This document shows positions 26,937 through 41,400 of a stretch of DNA of 64,000 nucleotides, piece after piece; positions within the stretch are counted from its first letter, which is position 1; the number at the start of each line of letters is the position of its first letter. The notes beneath the pieces were generated by a model. The model saw only the letters and a list, made by a program, of their open reading frames with translations, was not told where the DNA came from and made no database searches. Position numbers and translations under genes: made by a program. The stretch comes from Cenococcum geophilum (lineage: Eukaryota): contig CP158635.1 in assembly GCA_050273025.1 (NCBI GenBank), forward strand, positions 7,378,001-7,442,000, given 5' to 3'.

Positions 26937-29900
26937 ATGAAGAATGCGAGTAGGAGTTGGAGAGTAGTAACAGCATTGCTGTTTACTCTCCTATTTATAA
27001 CAGTTCTTGCGGATGATGGCTTAGCTCAGAAACACGAGAAAGGGCGCTGTGCTATCAGGGGACACTGTGGAAGCGATGGGTTTTTGGGACCGCAACTACC
27101 ATGTCCAGATAACGGATTAGCAAAGAGACCAGACGCGGAGCTCAAAGAGTCACTTGTCGATATTTGTGGAGATAAATGGTGCGACTCCGATGTCTGTTGT
27201 AATTCCGAGCAGGTAAAGTTACATTGTTGGCATAATTAAGGCACCCAGTGTACTGATATTCCGTTAGCTTGATGCATTGCAGAGCAACCTCAAGCGGGCA
27301 GAGAGCCTTATTGCAGCATGTCCGGCCTGCAAGGAGAACTTCTTTAATCTCTTTTGCACATTTACGTGCTCCCCCGACCAGTCACTTTTCATCAACGTTA
27401 CAGATACAAAAGCAATAGGAGACAAGTTCATCGTTACAGAGTTGGATCATTTGGTTTCGAATGAATATGGGTCCGAGTTCTATAACAGCTGCAAAGATGT
27501 TAAATTTGGTGCTACAAATGGAAAGGCTATGGACTTCATCGGAGGAGGCGCAAAGGATTTTACGCTATTCCTCAAGTTCCTTGGGGACAAAAAGTTCCTT
27601 GGTAGCCCGTTCCAGATGAACTTCCCGAGACCAGATGCTACGAAATACCCGGATATGACACCGATGAACAAGACCGTTAGGAGTTGCAACGATACTGATG
27701 AAACTTATCGTTGTGCTTGCGTGGATTGCGCCGGATCCTGCCCAGATTTGCCGGAGCTTACTAAAAGCAAGCAGTGCTACGTAGGACTTCTCCCGTGCCT
27801 CTCATTCGCGGTTATCGTCGTCTATTCAGTATTCATTGGACTTCTTGTCCTTGCTGTTTCTGGTCATGTCGCCCGCCAAAGGCACACCAAACACAAAAAC
27901 GATCGCTTGCGGCTTCTTCAGGACCCCGACCCAAGTGATGATGAAGATGAGGGTGATATGGTTCACAGCGTCGGAATGTTGGATAGACCTACTAAACACT
28001 ACTTCTTGAACACCGCATGTGACAAAGCTTTCAGTAGACTGGGCTATGTCTGCGCTCGTTTTCCAGCTATCACAATTTTTACCAGCATACTGGTGGTTGT
28101 CTTGATGAGCTTGGGATGGCTTAGATTCGCTGTGGAAACCGACCCGGTCCGTTTATGGGTTGCTCCGAACTCTGCCGCAGCGGAGGAGAAAGCATTTTTC
28201 GACTCAGAATTCGGGCCTTTCTTTCGCGCAGAGCAAGCTTTCCTTGTGAATGACACAGGCAGAAATGGTCCTGGACCTGTCTTAAGCTACGAGACTCTAG
28301 GCTGGTGGTTTGATGTCGAAACTCGTGTTCAACGTCTTAAATCTCTCGACAACGGGGCCACATTACATGATGTCTGTTTTAGGCCCATTGGGGACGACTG
28401 TGTAGTTCAGTCGGTCACAGGATACTTCCAAGGGGATTTCTCCAAAGTTCCCCAGAAATGGCAAACTAAACTACAGAATTGTGCAGATGAGCCAGTCGGT
28501 TGTTTACCAACATTCCAGCAACCCCTAGATCCCAAAATGATTTTCGGAAGCTGGAACAAAAGTATTGTCGATGCTGAAGCTCTTATTGTTACCTGGGTTG
28601 TGAACAATTTTGCGGAAGGCACTACAGAACTGCAACGGGCAATGGACTGGGAGGACAGCCTCAAAAACTTGATGATCGCTGTTCAAGCTGAAGCAAAGGA
28701 TAGAGGCCTGAGACTTTCCTTTATGACAGAAGTTAGCTTGGAGCAAGAGCTGAACAAATCGACGAATACCGATGCGAAAATTGTCGTAATAAGCTACGTA
28801 ATCATGTTCCTATACGCATCTCTCGCGCTCGGATCGACAACTCTTGTGGCTACCTCGATTCTCCATAACCCAGCAAACGCTCTCGTCCAATCAAAATTCA
28901 TGCTTGGCGTGGTCGGTATTTTGATTGTCCTTATGTCGGTATCTGCATCAGTGGGCCTATTTTCCGCGGCTGGCATCAAAGTTACCCTGATCATCGCCGA
29001 AGTCATTCCATTCCTGGTCCTGGCTGTTGGAGTCGATAACATCTTCCTGATTGTCCACGAATTTGAACGTGTGAATGTCAGCCATCCCGAAGGCAGCGTA
29101 GCGGAGCGCGTTGGAAGAGCTCTAGGGCGGATGGGGCCGAGTATCCTCCTTTCGGCGACAACTGAGACCGCTGCTTTTGCGCTTGGAGCCGCAGTTGGCA
29201 TGCCGGCAGTCCGTAACTTCGCAGCTTACGCGGCTGGCGCTGTATTCATTAATGCCTTATTACAAGTCACCATGTTCATTGCTGTCCTAGCTCTAAATCA
29301 ACGTCGAGTAGAGGCAAACCGAGCAGATTGCTTTCCGTGTGTCCGCGTCCGACGCGCTGATTCAGGCTACATCAACGGAGGTATTGGTCAGGGTGTTGAC
29401 GAAGAAGGTAGCCTTCAGCGCTTCATTCGCAAGACCTATGCCCCTGCTCTGCTTGGGAAGAAGACCAAAGTCGCCATTATCACGATCTTCCTTGGGTTCT
29501 TCACTGCGAGTCTTGGACTTTTCCCAAAGGTAGAGTTGGGTTTGGATCAGCGAATCGCCATCCCAAGTGACTCGTACCTCATTCAGTACTTCAACGACCT
29601 CTACGAGTATTTCGATGCAGGTCCTCCAGTGTACTTTGTCACAAGGGAATTGAATGTAACTCAACGAGAGCATCAGCAAGAACTCTGTGCTCGTTTTGCA
29701 ACTTGTGAAGAGGCATCCTTAGCCAATATCTTGGAGCAAGAGAGAAAGAGACCAGAAGCCTCCTACATTGCTACCTCGGCTGCTAACTGGCTGGATGACT
29801 TCTTTTATTGGTTGAAGCCTTCAAATGACAAATGCTGTGTTGATAAAAGCGGTGATAAAAATACGACATGTTTCAAGGACCGTAACCCTCCTTGGAACTT

Positions 29901-30914
29901 CACTCTCTCCGGTATGCCGGAAGGCGAAGAATTTATCTCTTACCTCTCCCGCTGGATTGAAGCGCCTACCTCGAGTGATTGCGCTCTCGGTGGGGCAGCG
30001 GCGTACGGCAATGCTCTTGTAATTGACAAAGAGCGACTTACAATCCCGGCGTCCCATTTCCGTACCTCTCACACGCGCCTTCGTAGCCAACGTGACTACA
30101 TTGGCGCCTACAAAGCAGCTCGTCGCATTGCATCTACCATCTCTGAACGTACTAGCGCTTCCGTATTTGCCTACTCTAAATTCTATATTTTCTTCGACCA
30201 GTATATCTCCATCGTGCGCCTTTCTGGCGCTCTTATCGGTTCTGCTCTTGCCATGATCCTTCTCGTAACTACCACCCTCCTTGGCTCCTTGCAAACTGGC
30301 CTTATTGTTACCCTCACTGTTGCTATGACTATCACCGACATCATTGGTACCATGGCTTTGGTCAATGTCTCCCTGAATGCTGTCTCTCTAGTTAACCTGA
30401 TTATCAGTGTGGGCATCTCTGTCGAATTCTGTGCACACGTCGCCCGTGCTTTCACTTTCCCGTCGCGAACTGTTATGGAGCGTGCGCCTCGAAATAAGTT
30501 CCGAGCAAGAGATGCACGCGCTTGGACAGCGTTGGTGAATGTAGGCGGAAGCGTCTTTAGCGGTATCACCATCACGAAGTTGTTAGGAGTTTGCGTGCTT
30601 GCATTTACGCGGAGTAAAATTTTTGAGATCTACTATTTCAGAGTATGGTTGGCACTGGTGGTGTGGGCAGCAACACATGCGCTTATATTCTTGCCGGTAG
30701 CGTTGAGCTTGTTTGGAGGAACAGGTATGCTTATTTTCTCAGTCTTTACCTGCATATGTTTCTGCTGCGGCGTATTACAATGATAGTATGGCTAACATAT
30801 CTTGCAGGCTACGTCGACCCAGAGTCGGATGGCGGCTTAGAGCAGGATCTTAGGTCGAGGCAGTATCCTGCATTACTGAACGACGATGATTACGAGGATG
30901 ACTCGGACGAGTAG
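26937..30914 (+). CDS. NCR1: Niemann-Pick C1-type sterol transporter (patched/SSD family), 3 exons: 26937-27212, 27268-30724, 30808-30914 (~1279 aa)
   Basis: Cys-rich N-terminal domain (CAIRGHCG, CPACKENFFNLFCTFTCSPDQS), ETDPVRLW, sterol-sensing domain EVIPFLVLAVGVDNIF, GISVEFCAH and SGITITK. Two GT-AG introns with branch-site motifs keep the frame. Confidence 0.95.
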
Positions 30915-31434
30915 AGAAGAGAACTAGGCAATGTAGTTGTTCAGTCCTGTACTTTTAGGCTTAGAATGCAAGAAATTTCATCGGAATGTAAATGGCGATT
31001 CGTAGTTTTTCGTCTTTTTAATTAGTCTTTTTGCTATGTCCAAGCCTCATTCTTGGGGGACCGCCGCTTCTTTTGCCGCTCTAGACCATCCGTCTGCTCT
31101 ATCCCATTTCTAGTCTTGATATTGTCACCTGTTACATCTCCCTCTCCACAACATGCAAACTTTCGTAACAAAAAAAAAACCATGGCCACAATCCAAACCC
31201 AGCAGAAAGCCCTAAGCTGTCTCTCCCAAAACACTTCCCGTAACATTTCAGAGCAAGCGTAACCCCGAATGCCTCTCGCTAAACGCCTAAGCAGATGACC
31301 ATGCTTGCCAATGCAATTTGTGAAACAAGAGGATGCAGCTAACGAAATAGAAAAAAGCGAGGCAAAGGGAACCAGGCGTAGAATTATCAGACCAAAAAAA
31401 GGCATGAGAAGATAAGAAAAGGTTAGAAAACATA

Positions 31435-32966
31435 TCACGACGCCCCTTCGACCTGATCGGCCCAGCTCTTCCCCGCCGCAGGCGACGGAAGGCCGAAACT
31501 GTCCTGCTTCCGCGGTGGAGCGGGCCGAGGTTCCTCTCCTGCTCTCACTGCAGCAGGTTGAGATGTCGTACTTGTGGTGGGGTTCTTGTTGGTTGCTTTG
31601 CCCTTGATGGGAAAATCGAGGACCTTGGGCTGTGAGACGGTGCTGGTAGTCTCTTTTGCAGCCGTAGCAGCTGGGAGATCAGGGAAGTCGGATGCTGACG
31701 GCGGTTTCTGTGATTGAGCGGGTGCTGCGGAGCGCGGGGTGTTGTTGTGGTCGCCTCTCCCACCACGCCGCCCACCTCTTCCGCGGCCCCGGCCTCTCCC
31801 ACGCTCGCCTCCGCGATGCGGTGGTGTACTCGGTGGCGCATTATCCTCCTCCGCTACCTCTCCGCGTGGCGCATTGCTACCTACGCCACCGACCACACCC
31901 CCAAACGCTCCTCTCATGTTCCCCACTCTCTTCTCATCGCCTGTACCGCCGAACCCCTCCTCCTTCTCAAAATCCCACTCGCGGCCGCCGACAGCTTCCA
32001 GCTTGCGCTGCCGATTCTTCTCGCGCTCGCCCATCATCTGTGCGCGGTTCTGGCGGTCCACTTTCTGGCGGGCCTGCATCTGCTTCCGCTTCTCTGCGCT
32101 CTGCTGCGCGGCTTGCGCTTCGCGTGCCTCAAAGGATGCGAGATCAGCTTCAGCGCGCGCGTGTGCGGCCGTCAGGAGCGAGTTCTTCAGCGAGATGGAC
32201 GCCATTTTCTCCGAGAGCTCCGCTTCGGTGAGTTTGGTCTACACGGGGTAGGGTTAGCAAGACTTGTTCGCGAGCGTAGCGGCTTCGTCTATTGAATTTA
32301 ATGTGCAAGAGAAGGGCGTCCAGAGGGGATACACACCCGTTTTACACCACCAGTCCCGCTACGGTCCCCGCGCACCGCGCCTTCTTTATGCGGTGTCTGC
32401 GGCGGCTTCGCCGTTTCTGCCGCTGTGCCGTCGGCCTCGCTATTCTCATTCGCAGCGCCTTCTGGAGCCACAGCTGCTGCGGGGCCTGTGGGGATGGGAG
32501 CCTGCGCCCCGCCCCTCCGCCCTCCGCGTCCTCGTCCCCCGCGGTGTCCGTCTCGTCCCCGAGCACTGTTCGCAGGGCCTTGGGGTGCGGTTGGAGGAGC
32601 GGCGGAGGGTGCGGGTGCGGGCGCGGGTGCAGGCGTAGGGCTCGCCTCGACAACGGGTTCGGGGATGGGCGTGAAGTCGTCGTCGAAAAAGAGGTCATCG
32701 GGGGCGCGAGTTTGGGCGAATTCGTCCATGGCGGGGTCGTAGGCCATGTCGTCGGTCTGTGAATGCAAAACATGTTAGAGTCCTAGTAAATCCAGCTTGG
32801 GGGGAGACGGAGACTGTACTCTGTACTCTGAAGTGCTTTCTACAAGTGCAGATTCTGGTATTGGTGCCGGTTGCTGTGTCGTTGCTGGTTCAGGCTTGGA
32901 TGGTTCTTGTTGCGGGGGTGTCGGTGGGGATTTGGAGGTTTCAGAGGCCCACCGTGAAGACTTCAT
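31435..32966 (-). CDS. Conserved fungal hypothetical RGG-rich protein (spliced)
   Basis: Exon 32747-32337 (MAYDPAMDEFAQTRAPDDLFFDDDF...RGDRSGTGGVKR), intron 32336-32239 (GT..CTAAC..TAG), exon 32238-31435 (KLTEAELSEKM...REKNRQRKL..GGREWDFEKE, RGG boxes). A further 5' exon from 32966 (MKSSRWA) is plausible via the acceptor at ~32757 but uncertain. Confidence 0.75.
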
Positions 32967-34161
32967 CTTTGCAAGTTAAGCGAAATGGAGGGAGGAATCT
33001 GGTATGAATTGTTAGCTTTATAGTAAGAATGTAGTGAAGAACTATTTCGTCTCGAATAGATGGTGAATGAGGCTTGCCAGTGGTTTGTGGAGGTAAGTTC
33101 GCCTAATGCCGATGAGGAAGGCGGTGAACATGCCGTCAGGGGTGAGGGTTCTGGACTTCAACACCAGAAACTTGTATCTTGAGCCAAAACATCGGCGATT
33201 CGTTGCAGCGCCTAGCTAGTTTACATGTATTCGGTAGCTCCGGTATCGTATATGGATGGCTTGGTAGAAATTGTGGTATTGGGCGAGTCGTTTATCGTTA
33301 TATCCCCCCTCCACTTACTCCGAACCAGCTCGGAATTAGGATGCCGGCCGGACGTCGCGTCACCTAAACATATATAATAATAATATTATTATCATACACC
33401 CCCTAAATGATACGCGTACACCCCCCAATTGATATGCATACCCGTGGCGTTTTGATTTTCGTAGACTCAACCAACACCACTTAGCCAGCTAAGTGGCTGC
33501 CAGCACGGTGCACAGCCCAGCAAGGAACCCAGAAAATCACGATATATTCACTACTTCTTTTATAAGGCCCTCGTCGTACTATAATTCCGTTGGCCTTATT
33601 GTAGGCCCTTATCCCTTGCACCGTCAAATCCGTGTTCAAGGTGGTGGCACGTGCTTAGCCAATTATATTGCTGGCAGTGTGGCCAAAAATTACGATAAGC
33701 GAATTGAAATAAATCGATATCCGATAATCCGATATCCGATATCGATTTATTTTAATTCGCTTATTATAATATATATTAAATCGCACACTTTAAAATCTCT
33801 ACTATAGTAACTATAGCTTTAGAGACTAATCTTAAGTCTTCTTTTCCTAAGGTTACATCTAAAACTATATTATCTATTTAATTAACTTTAAAATCTTAAA
33901 AGAATTAGTTTAATATTTATGATTTCTGTTATATAGCACCAAAAGGAGAAGAGCGTAACTCTTATGGAAGATTACTCTATTTCTGTAATTAATGCGATTA
34001 TAAAGTAGGCTTAATAATAAACTTCTAGGGTTACTACTTATCCTAGTATAGGATTTAGATTAAACTATATGGAAAGAATTATTATATGGGAGAAGCAGCT
34101 AAAGCATTATAATTAGTCTTTAATAAGCTACGGCTTAAAAACCATAATCTTAATAATAAAA

Positions 34162-34877
34162 GGACAACGATAGCCATACACCCCCTAAATGATACGCGTA
34201 CACCCCCCAATTGATACGCATACACCCCCTACCTCATTTGGTTTAGATGCATCCTCATTAAGTTAGATGCTCCCTCATTAAGTTAGAGTATCACGTGCGT
34301 TTGACTTGTTTGCGTCTGCATCACGAAAATCAAAGTATGCGCCATGTAGGTTTTATAACTGCAATATCACGATCATGTCTTAATTTTAGTTATAGTATAA
34401 GTAGTAGAGTCAAAATTGGAACGCGCCAAAGTCGATTAATTGGATTGCGCGGTGCTTTATAAGGCGTCGCGTAAACTAATTTGCGTGCTGCTACCTCTGC
34501 TGCCTCCGCGCCCACACCCGCGCCCACGCATGCGCCTGTTAGGACCTAAAATAACAACTCTACTTCGCATCTAAGAGCTTGCAATTATAGAGCGTCGCGG
34601 CAGTTAGCTAATTAACTCTATAACCTGCTTTATAATTACTAATCGCGTTAACAGATCTACTCGTAAAGAGCCTTTAGCATTTGAACGAAATACTAGGGCT
34701 TATACTTTGGTTTTCGCGATCAGGCGCAAACAAGTCAAACGCACGTGATACTCTAACTTAATGAGGGAGTATCTAACTTAATGAGGATGCATCTAAACCA
34801 AATGAGGTAGGGGGTGTATGCGTATCAATTGGGGGGTGTACGCGTATCATTTAGGGGGTGTATGGCTATCGTTGTCC
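34162..34877. mobile_element. 716-bp non-autonomous foldback element with ~155-bp TIRs and 8-bp TSD (Mutator-like; superfamily uncertain)
   Basis: GGACAACGATAGCC...GGCTATCGTTGTCC with near-perfect long inverted arms; TSD TAATAAAA on both sides. Confidence 0.88.
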
Positions 34878-35437
34878 TAATAAAATCCTTAGAGAAGTAA
34901 TTAATAAAAAGGTTATTAAGATAACTTTTCTTAATCTTATTATTATACAAAATCTCTCTTTCCGAATTGTTTAAAGTTAAGAGTTTTAGACATTTTATTA
35001 TGCTCTTAATTAATAAGCTGTTAAAATACTTCCTACTTCTTATATAACCCTTGTTTAAAAGGTAAGAGCCAAGTTTATCCTTAATAAGGATATATATAAC
35101 GGGTTATTTAATCCGTAATTACGTAAATCTATCTTAGTATAGATATCTGGATATCTCTAAGTAATAACCTTTATCTTATAGTCTGCGGCCATTTTATTAA
35201 TATAGAAGAATGTATTCGCAATATCCTACTTACTCTACCTTAGGTAGTAGGCTATAGCAAAGAGCATTAATGGCTTACTCTTCTTTTAGTTTTATAAGAT
35301 TTTAGTATTATATAACAAATTAGAGCAATTATTAAAGACAATTCTAGTATAAACGATACGCTCTATTATACAATTAGCACCTACCTTTTAGAGTATAAGA
35401 AGATTTGTAACCGACTACCAAGGCTCGCATTACCTTA

Positions 35438-38400
35438 TGTCACGGCACTGACCTAACGCATACTGTTTCATACTGTCTCGTACTATTTCCTACTATTAGC
35501 TAGCCCACCACTAGTACCTTGGCAGCCGGCCCTACTATTTATATATAATACTCCATCTCTACCCTCTTCTCCTCTTTATACCACAACGTAGTTATTTAGT
35601 CTACTTTATTGCAGCACTGTAATAGTTTATGGTATCTCTAATTGCATCCTATCGCAATCTTTATTTTTCCCAGTCTACTATCTCCGTTTTCCTAGTATAA
35701 TCGCGACCTAGCGTAACTAATAACACTATACTATAGTCCCAGACAATCTTAGCATAGTCTTAATATAGCCTTAGTATAGTCTTAGCAACCTTAGTATTAT
35801 AGTCAGCCTTATAAGATTCCAATTACCTTACCTAGATCTCTTAGAATGGGCGACTATAATATAGACGACGTCCCACTAACAAACCCTCGTGAAGCGCTCG
35901 CCCGCCTCCTTAACACCTCCTACACTAATATCGCCTAGGCGATTAGGAACAGTCCTAAATACCTAAAGGACCTTAATATAGTAGGAACCTTTTAGCAACT
36001 CTCTATATATATAGCTTTCTTAACTAGTATTAAGAACGGCCTTTAAGCCGTCTATAGCGAAGGCCAAGCTATAAAGTCTTAACTTAAAAAAGCTTAACAC
36101 AGAATTAACTCCCTTAAGATACTTAAACTATATATTAAGTAATACGAATAGTAAGCCCTTATATACACCAAGACTATATAAAACTTAAGCTCCTAGATTA
36201 CTATACTTACTAAAACTATTACCGACAAGAACCCTACTACTAGCTCCCCTCTTTTAACTAAGCCCCGTAGAAAAAAGCGTAAAGTAAAAAATCTAACCCT
36301 ATTTAATAGCAAGGGATCACTAATTAAAAAGTAAGAAAAATTTAAAATATAGGAAATAAAAATCTAAGGCGTTTTCCAGAGGGATATAAAGTGCTTTAAG
36401 ACCCTAATAGACGAAATCCTCTATATATTAGATATACTAATAAATAAGGCTTATAACTATATTAAATATAGCCTTAATACGCTACGTATATACCCGAATA
36501 ACCTAAGTAAATAGACCTTTTCTAACCGAGAGTCTATGTTTATATATATAAGAGGATATTATAAGACTATAGATATAACCTAAGCGACTAAAAATAAGTT
36601 AGATACCTTAAGCTAAGGTAAGCGTAACTACTGGTCCTAGAAAGTAGAGCTTAATAAGTTAATAATTAAAGTAAACAAAACCAAGGAATAAAAAGTGGAT
36701 TTACTTAAGAAGAATATTTCCTCTAAGATAAAGGACCTAGCCCTTACCCTTAGCTATAAGATCGGTAATACTGACTATAAAGGCTAGAGTAAGTAGATAG
36801 ATATATTTACTTATAACCTATAGAACTATACCTATTATACTAAGTTAAATACTACTAAGCTAAGTGCCGCTGGCGGCTATTAACCTATATTATTATAGAA
36901 TAACCTAATAGACCTAGACGCCGTTAAGTTTAGCAGCGGTAGTAATAGCCTCCCTAATAACGTTTAAAGATATTATATAAATAACAGACTCTATATAGCG
37001 TGTGGTTAACCTAGCTACTAAAAAGATACTTACGACCTTTAGCAAAACCTAAATTCCCTTCTAATACTACCACGTTAACCCCCCCCTAGCCGCAGCGGAT
37101 TCTTTAATAGAGGGAATAGTAATTAAGGCGGTAACCGCGGATAAGGACGTGGGTTTAGATACAGAAACCTACCCCTATAATTCCCTTCCCTAATATAGCC
37201 CTAGCTAATAGTCCTATACGCAAACTATAGATAAATACTCTATATTACTACTAACCGCAAGACCGGCTATATTATTGGCGAAGTACCCCCTAGTATATAT
37301 ACCATCAGAGACTAATACGTTAGGATATACTAGCTAAAACTACAGCTACTAGCTAAGCCTTACAACGCAGCCATTAAAAGGCTAACCCTTAGACTAAGTT
37401 ACCTTTAAGGGTTAAAACTATACGGGGAGGAGGATAAAAGAATTAGATTTATACTACTAGATTAATTAAATCTTATTCTAAGCCAGCTGCTATTTAATCT
37501 TAGAACAGTAAACAATAATAGAAATTCCATCCTTATTTAGACTTACCTTTTCTTACTACGTAACCTACTCCTAGAAGTTCTTATTAAAATAGTAAGCCTT
37601 ATTAATAGTAATAGTATAGCACTAGCGTTTGCAAACAAAAACTCGCTTATAAAAAAGTATAATATTATAATAAAAAGACTCCTAGTTCTAAAACCACTCC
37701 GCCTTACTAACGGACTTTAATCTAGCTTTATTACCCATTACTTTACAGTAAAAATAACAATCGGCCACTATATAAAATCTATACTTTTTTATATTATAAA
37801 GTTATCACCCTTAATACTAGTAATTCTTAGAATGCCCTAGCTTAAAAAGCATAACCTAAGTATAAACTTCCCCGTTTTAGGGCTTAAGTTTAACTCTAAT
37901 TACTATACCTATAACTGTCTCCTATAGTATATCCCTAATTATAACCGAGTAGCACTATACGGACATATTATACGGCCAACGCTTAGATACTATTAGCTAA
38001 TAGTAAAAGAGATACCTAATACTAGTAAGCTAATATATACAGTAAACAAAATAGAGATTCTAGAAGACTGGACTACCGCCCTACCCCTAAGAAATACTAT
38101 CCCGCCCCTAAGAATATAAACACCACTAAAACTATAAGTCCCCCGTATACACCCGCTTAACCTAGGCTAGCTAATAAAATACCTAACTCTAAGTCATTTA
38201 CTATATGTATATATAACCACATATATAATAGCTAAAGGCGTTATAACTAAAACCAAAACCAGAGTAATTAAGACCTCCCCCCTATAACGCCTAACCTTAT
38301 ATCTATCTCCCACGCATACCGTATAGGGCCACTACTATGTTTTTACCCCCTAGGGCCGACCGAGCTATACTAGCCTAGCCGTAGCACTAGAGAACTAAAC

Positions 38401-41400
38401 ACGCCCCAAACTAGACGATATTAGATACACTTATACCGTTAATTTTACCCAGTTCTATAAATAAAAAGGCGTAAAAGTAATAAGGATCTATATAGCGGAG
38501 CTAGTAGAACTAGTTAAATAAGAAAAATACTAATAGTTGCTTAAAGAGCTACCTATAGGCCTAATAGAAGTACTAAACCTATTAGAAAAGTCTTTCCGCC
38601 GGCTAGTAGAGGGCAATTATATAATAGAAGAAGCCCGTAAAGCGCTACCCCCTTATTTTTATAATTTCCTTAAGATAAACCTAAAAACTAAGCCTAAGTC
38701 TCTACGCTAGAAGATAGTTAACACTAATATTAAAAAATTCCTAAAAGGCAAACTAGGATTAACCTAAGAAGATATTTTATAACGCTTACTAAAGGAGTTC
38801 CGCAAATATATTAAGCACTTTCTCCTTAAAAACGCAGATAAGCTGCCCCCTTACTAACTATAGGACTATAAAATTAAGATTATCTCCGGAAACTAGGCCC
38901 TATACTATAAAAATAGACCACTCTTACCTACTAAACTTAGGTATATAAAAAAGTGGATTAATAAGATGCTAGATAAGGGTTTTATCCGCGAATTAACCTT
39001 ACTAGCTGCCGTACTACTCCTCCTCACTGCTAAGCCTAGTAGCGGTATGTAAATCTACTATAACTACTAAGGCCTAAATATAGTTACTATTAAAAATTAG
39101 TACCTACTACTACTAATCTATAAGACACTTAATGCACTTTATAGTGCTAAGTATTTTACTAAACTTAATATAATTGCTACGTTTAACCGAATCCGGATTA
39201 TAAAGGGCTATAAGTAGCTTATAGCATTTATTACCTAGTTCGGACTCTATAAGATACTAGTTATACTATTTAGCCTCTATAACGCACCCGCTACGTTTTA
39301 AAACTATATTAATTATATCTTATATAACGCCTTTAACAACTACTATACTGCCTATCTTAATAACGTCCTTATCTTTTCTAAAATACATACCGAGCATACT
39401 AAGTATATAAATAAAGTTATCCAAAAACTCGGTAATACTAGACTTTAGATTAATATTAATAAGTCTAAGTTCTACTCTACTAAAATAAAATACCTTGGCT
39501 TAATTATCTTAACTAATAGTATAACTATAGACCCTAAGAAGGTATAGGCCTTATAGGAATAAAAGGACCCAATATTAATTAAAAAACTATAACAATTTCT
39601 TGGCTTCGCGAACTTTTATTAACAATTTATTTAAGGCTACTTTACTATTGCTACACCTATAACAAAACTCCTAAAGAAGGACATTAAATAGCTATAGGGA
39701 CTAGAATAAATCAAATCGTTTAAGGCCCTTAAGGGAGCTTTTACCTTAGCACTAGTACTAGCATACTATAACTATATAAAGAAGACAGTGGTAGAGATAG
39801 ATATATTAAATTAGGCTTCTAGCGGAGTCCTTTCCTAATATAATAATAACGGTAAATTAAAACTGGTCGCATTCTTCTCCGTAAGGCACTTTGCGCTAAA
39901 GTATAATTATAAGATCTGTAGTAAAGAACTCTTAGCTATTATTAAGGCATTAGAGAAATAGTATCCTAAGCTATAAGGGACTAAGGAGCTGTTTAAAATT
40001 ATTACCAACTATAAGAACCTATAGACGTTTATAACTACTAAGTAGCTAAATTAACGCTAAGTTTGGTAAGCAGAGTTCCTTTTATAGTTTAACTTTGTAA
40101 TTATATATAAACCTAGTAATAAAGCCACGCTCCCTAACGCCCTAAGCTAGCTACTAGGAATAAGGCCTAAGGACGCTAATAATAAACACCTCCGCTACTA
40201 AGCCTAAGTCGTTATACCGCCCTAGAAAATTAACCCTATAATTTTAGAAGAATTACTATATAAGTCCTATAACTCTAATAATACGGAGTTTATAGCCGCT
40301 CTAGACCCTAAAATAGCTAAAAAGTTACTAGATAAGTTAATTTAGTTAGGATACTAGGAGAACAAACTTATAAGAGATATAATAGCGGCCCTATATAATT
40401 AAAAAGCTCGCTATTAGCTAAAGAAGATTAGAAAATTACTCTATTATAATAAGTTAGAATATAGTATTATTAACGAGCAGATCTACTTCCGCTAACGCCT
40501 TTTTATCCCTAACGCCCTAAACCTCCGCCTAAAAGTTATCTATCGCTCTTATAGCAGCGGCCCCACTAATTACCCCAGCCGGGTTAAAACCCTTAACCTC
40601 TTAAACTAAATATACTAGTGGCTAGGAATCTCCTAATTTACGGCTACCTTTATTAAAGACTATACCCTATACTTTTATACTAAGACCCCCTATTCTACCC
40701 TGCCTAGTTTTTTAAAGCTACTAGAACTACCCGCTCGCCTATAAACCGATATTTTAATTAACTATATTACAACGCTGCTGGTATGCTAACGCTATAGTAA
40801 GGTATATAAATATATCCTTATTATTATAGACCGCCTAACTAAAATATAATACCTCGTTTTAGTAATAGGACTCTTAATAGAGAAGCTAGTTAATAGCTTT
40901 ATTAATAATATATATAAGCTTTACGGTGCACTAAGTATGATTATCTTTAATCGCGGTATATAATTTATTAGCGACTTCTAGCAATAACTAAGTAAACGCC
41001 TTAAAACAACCCTAAGACTAAGCTTAGCCTAGTACCTAGAAATAGACGGCTAAACTAAAATTATCAACACTGCCGTAAATAAGTACCTTTATGCTTTTAT
41101 TAGCTTTATATAGAATAACTAGGTTAACTACCTACCGCTTACTAAGTTTGCTATAAATAACTAAGTTAACGAAAGTATAAGCATCTCCCTGTTTTTTATA
41201 AACTATAGCTTTAACCCTTACCTTGGAATTAAGCCTACTAGCCCCTACCTACTAATACTATTAGCATAAGTAAAGAAGGAGTTCTTCTATATAGACTTTA
41301 TGGCCAACCGCTTTAAGCAAATATTAATATGGCTTAAGGCTCTAGCCCGGATTTTATAGCAACGCTATAAAGATAATATTAATACCTATAGGGATAAGAG

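Noticed and set aside
31545..32773. Many overlapping alternative-frame ORFs
   Set aside because: Shadow ORFs of a GC-rich real gene on the minus strand.
34490..34540. Pack-MULE capture of the neighbouring APAPAP-encoding gene segment (~32600-32640)
   Set aside because: The similarity is short and low-complexity (CCCGCGCCC type), so it is not convincing.
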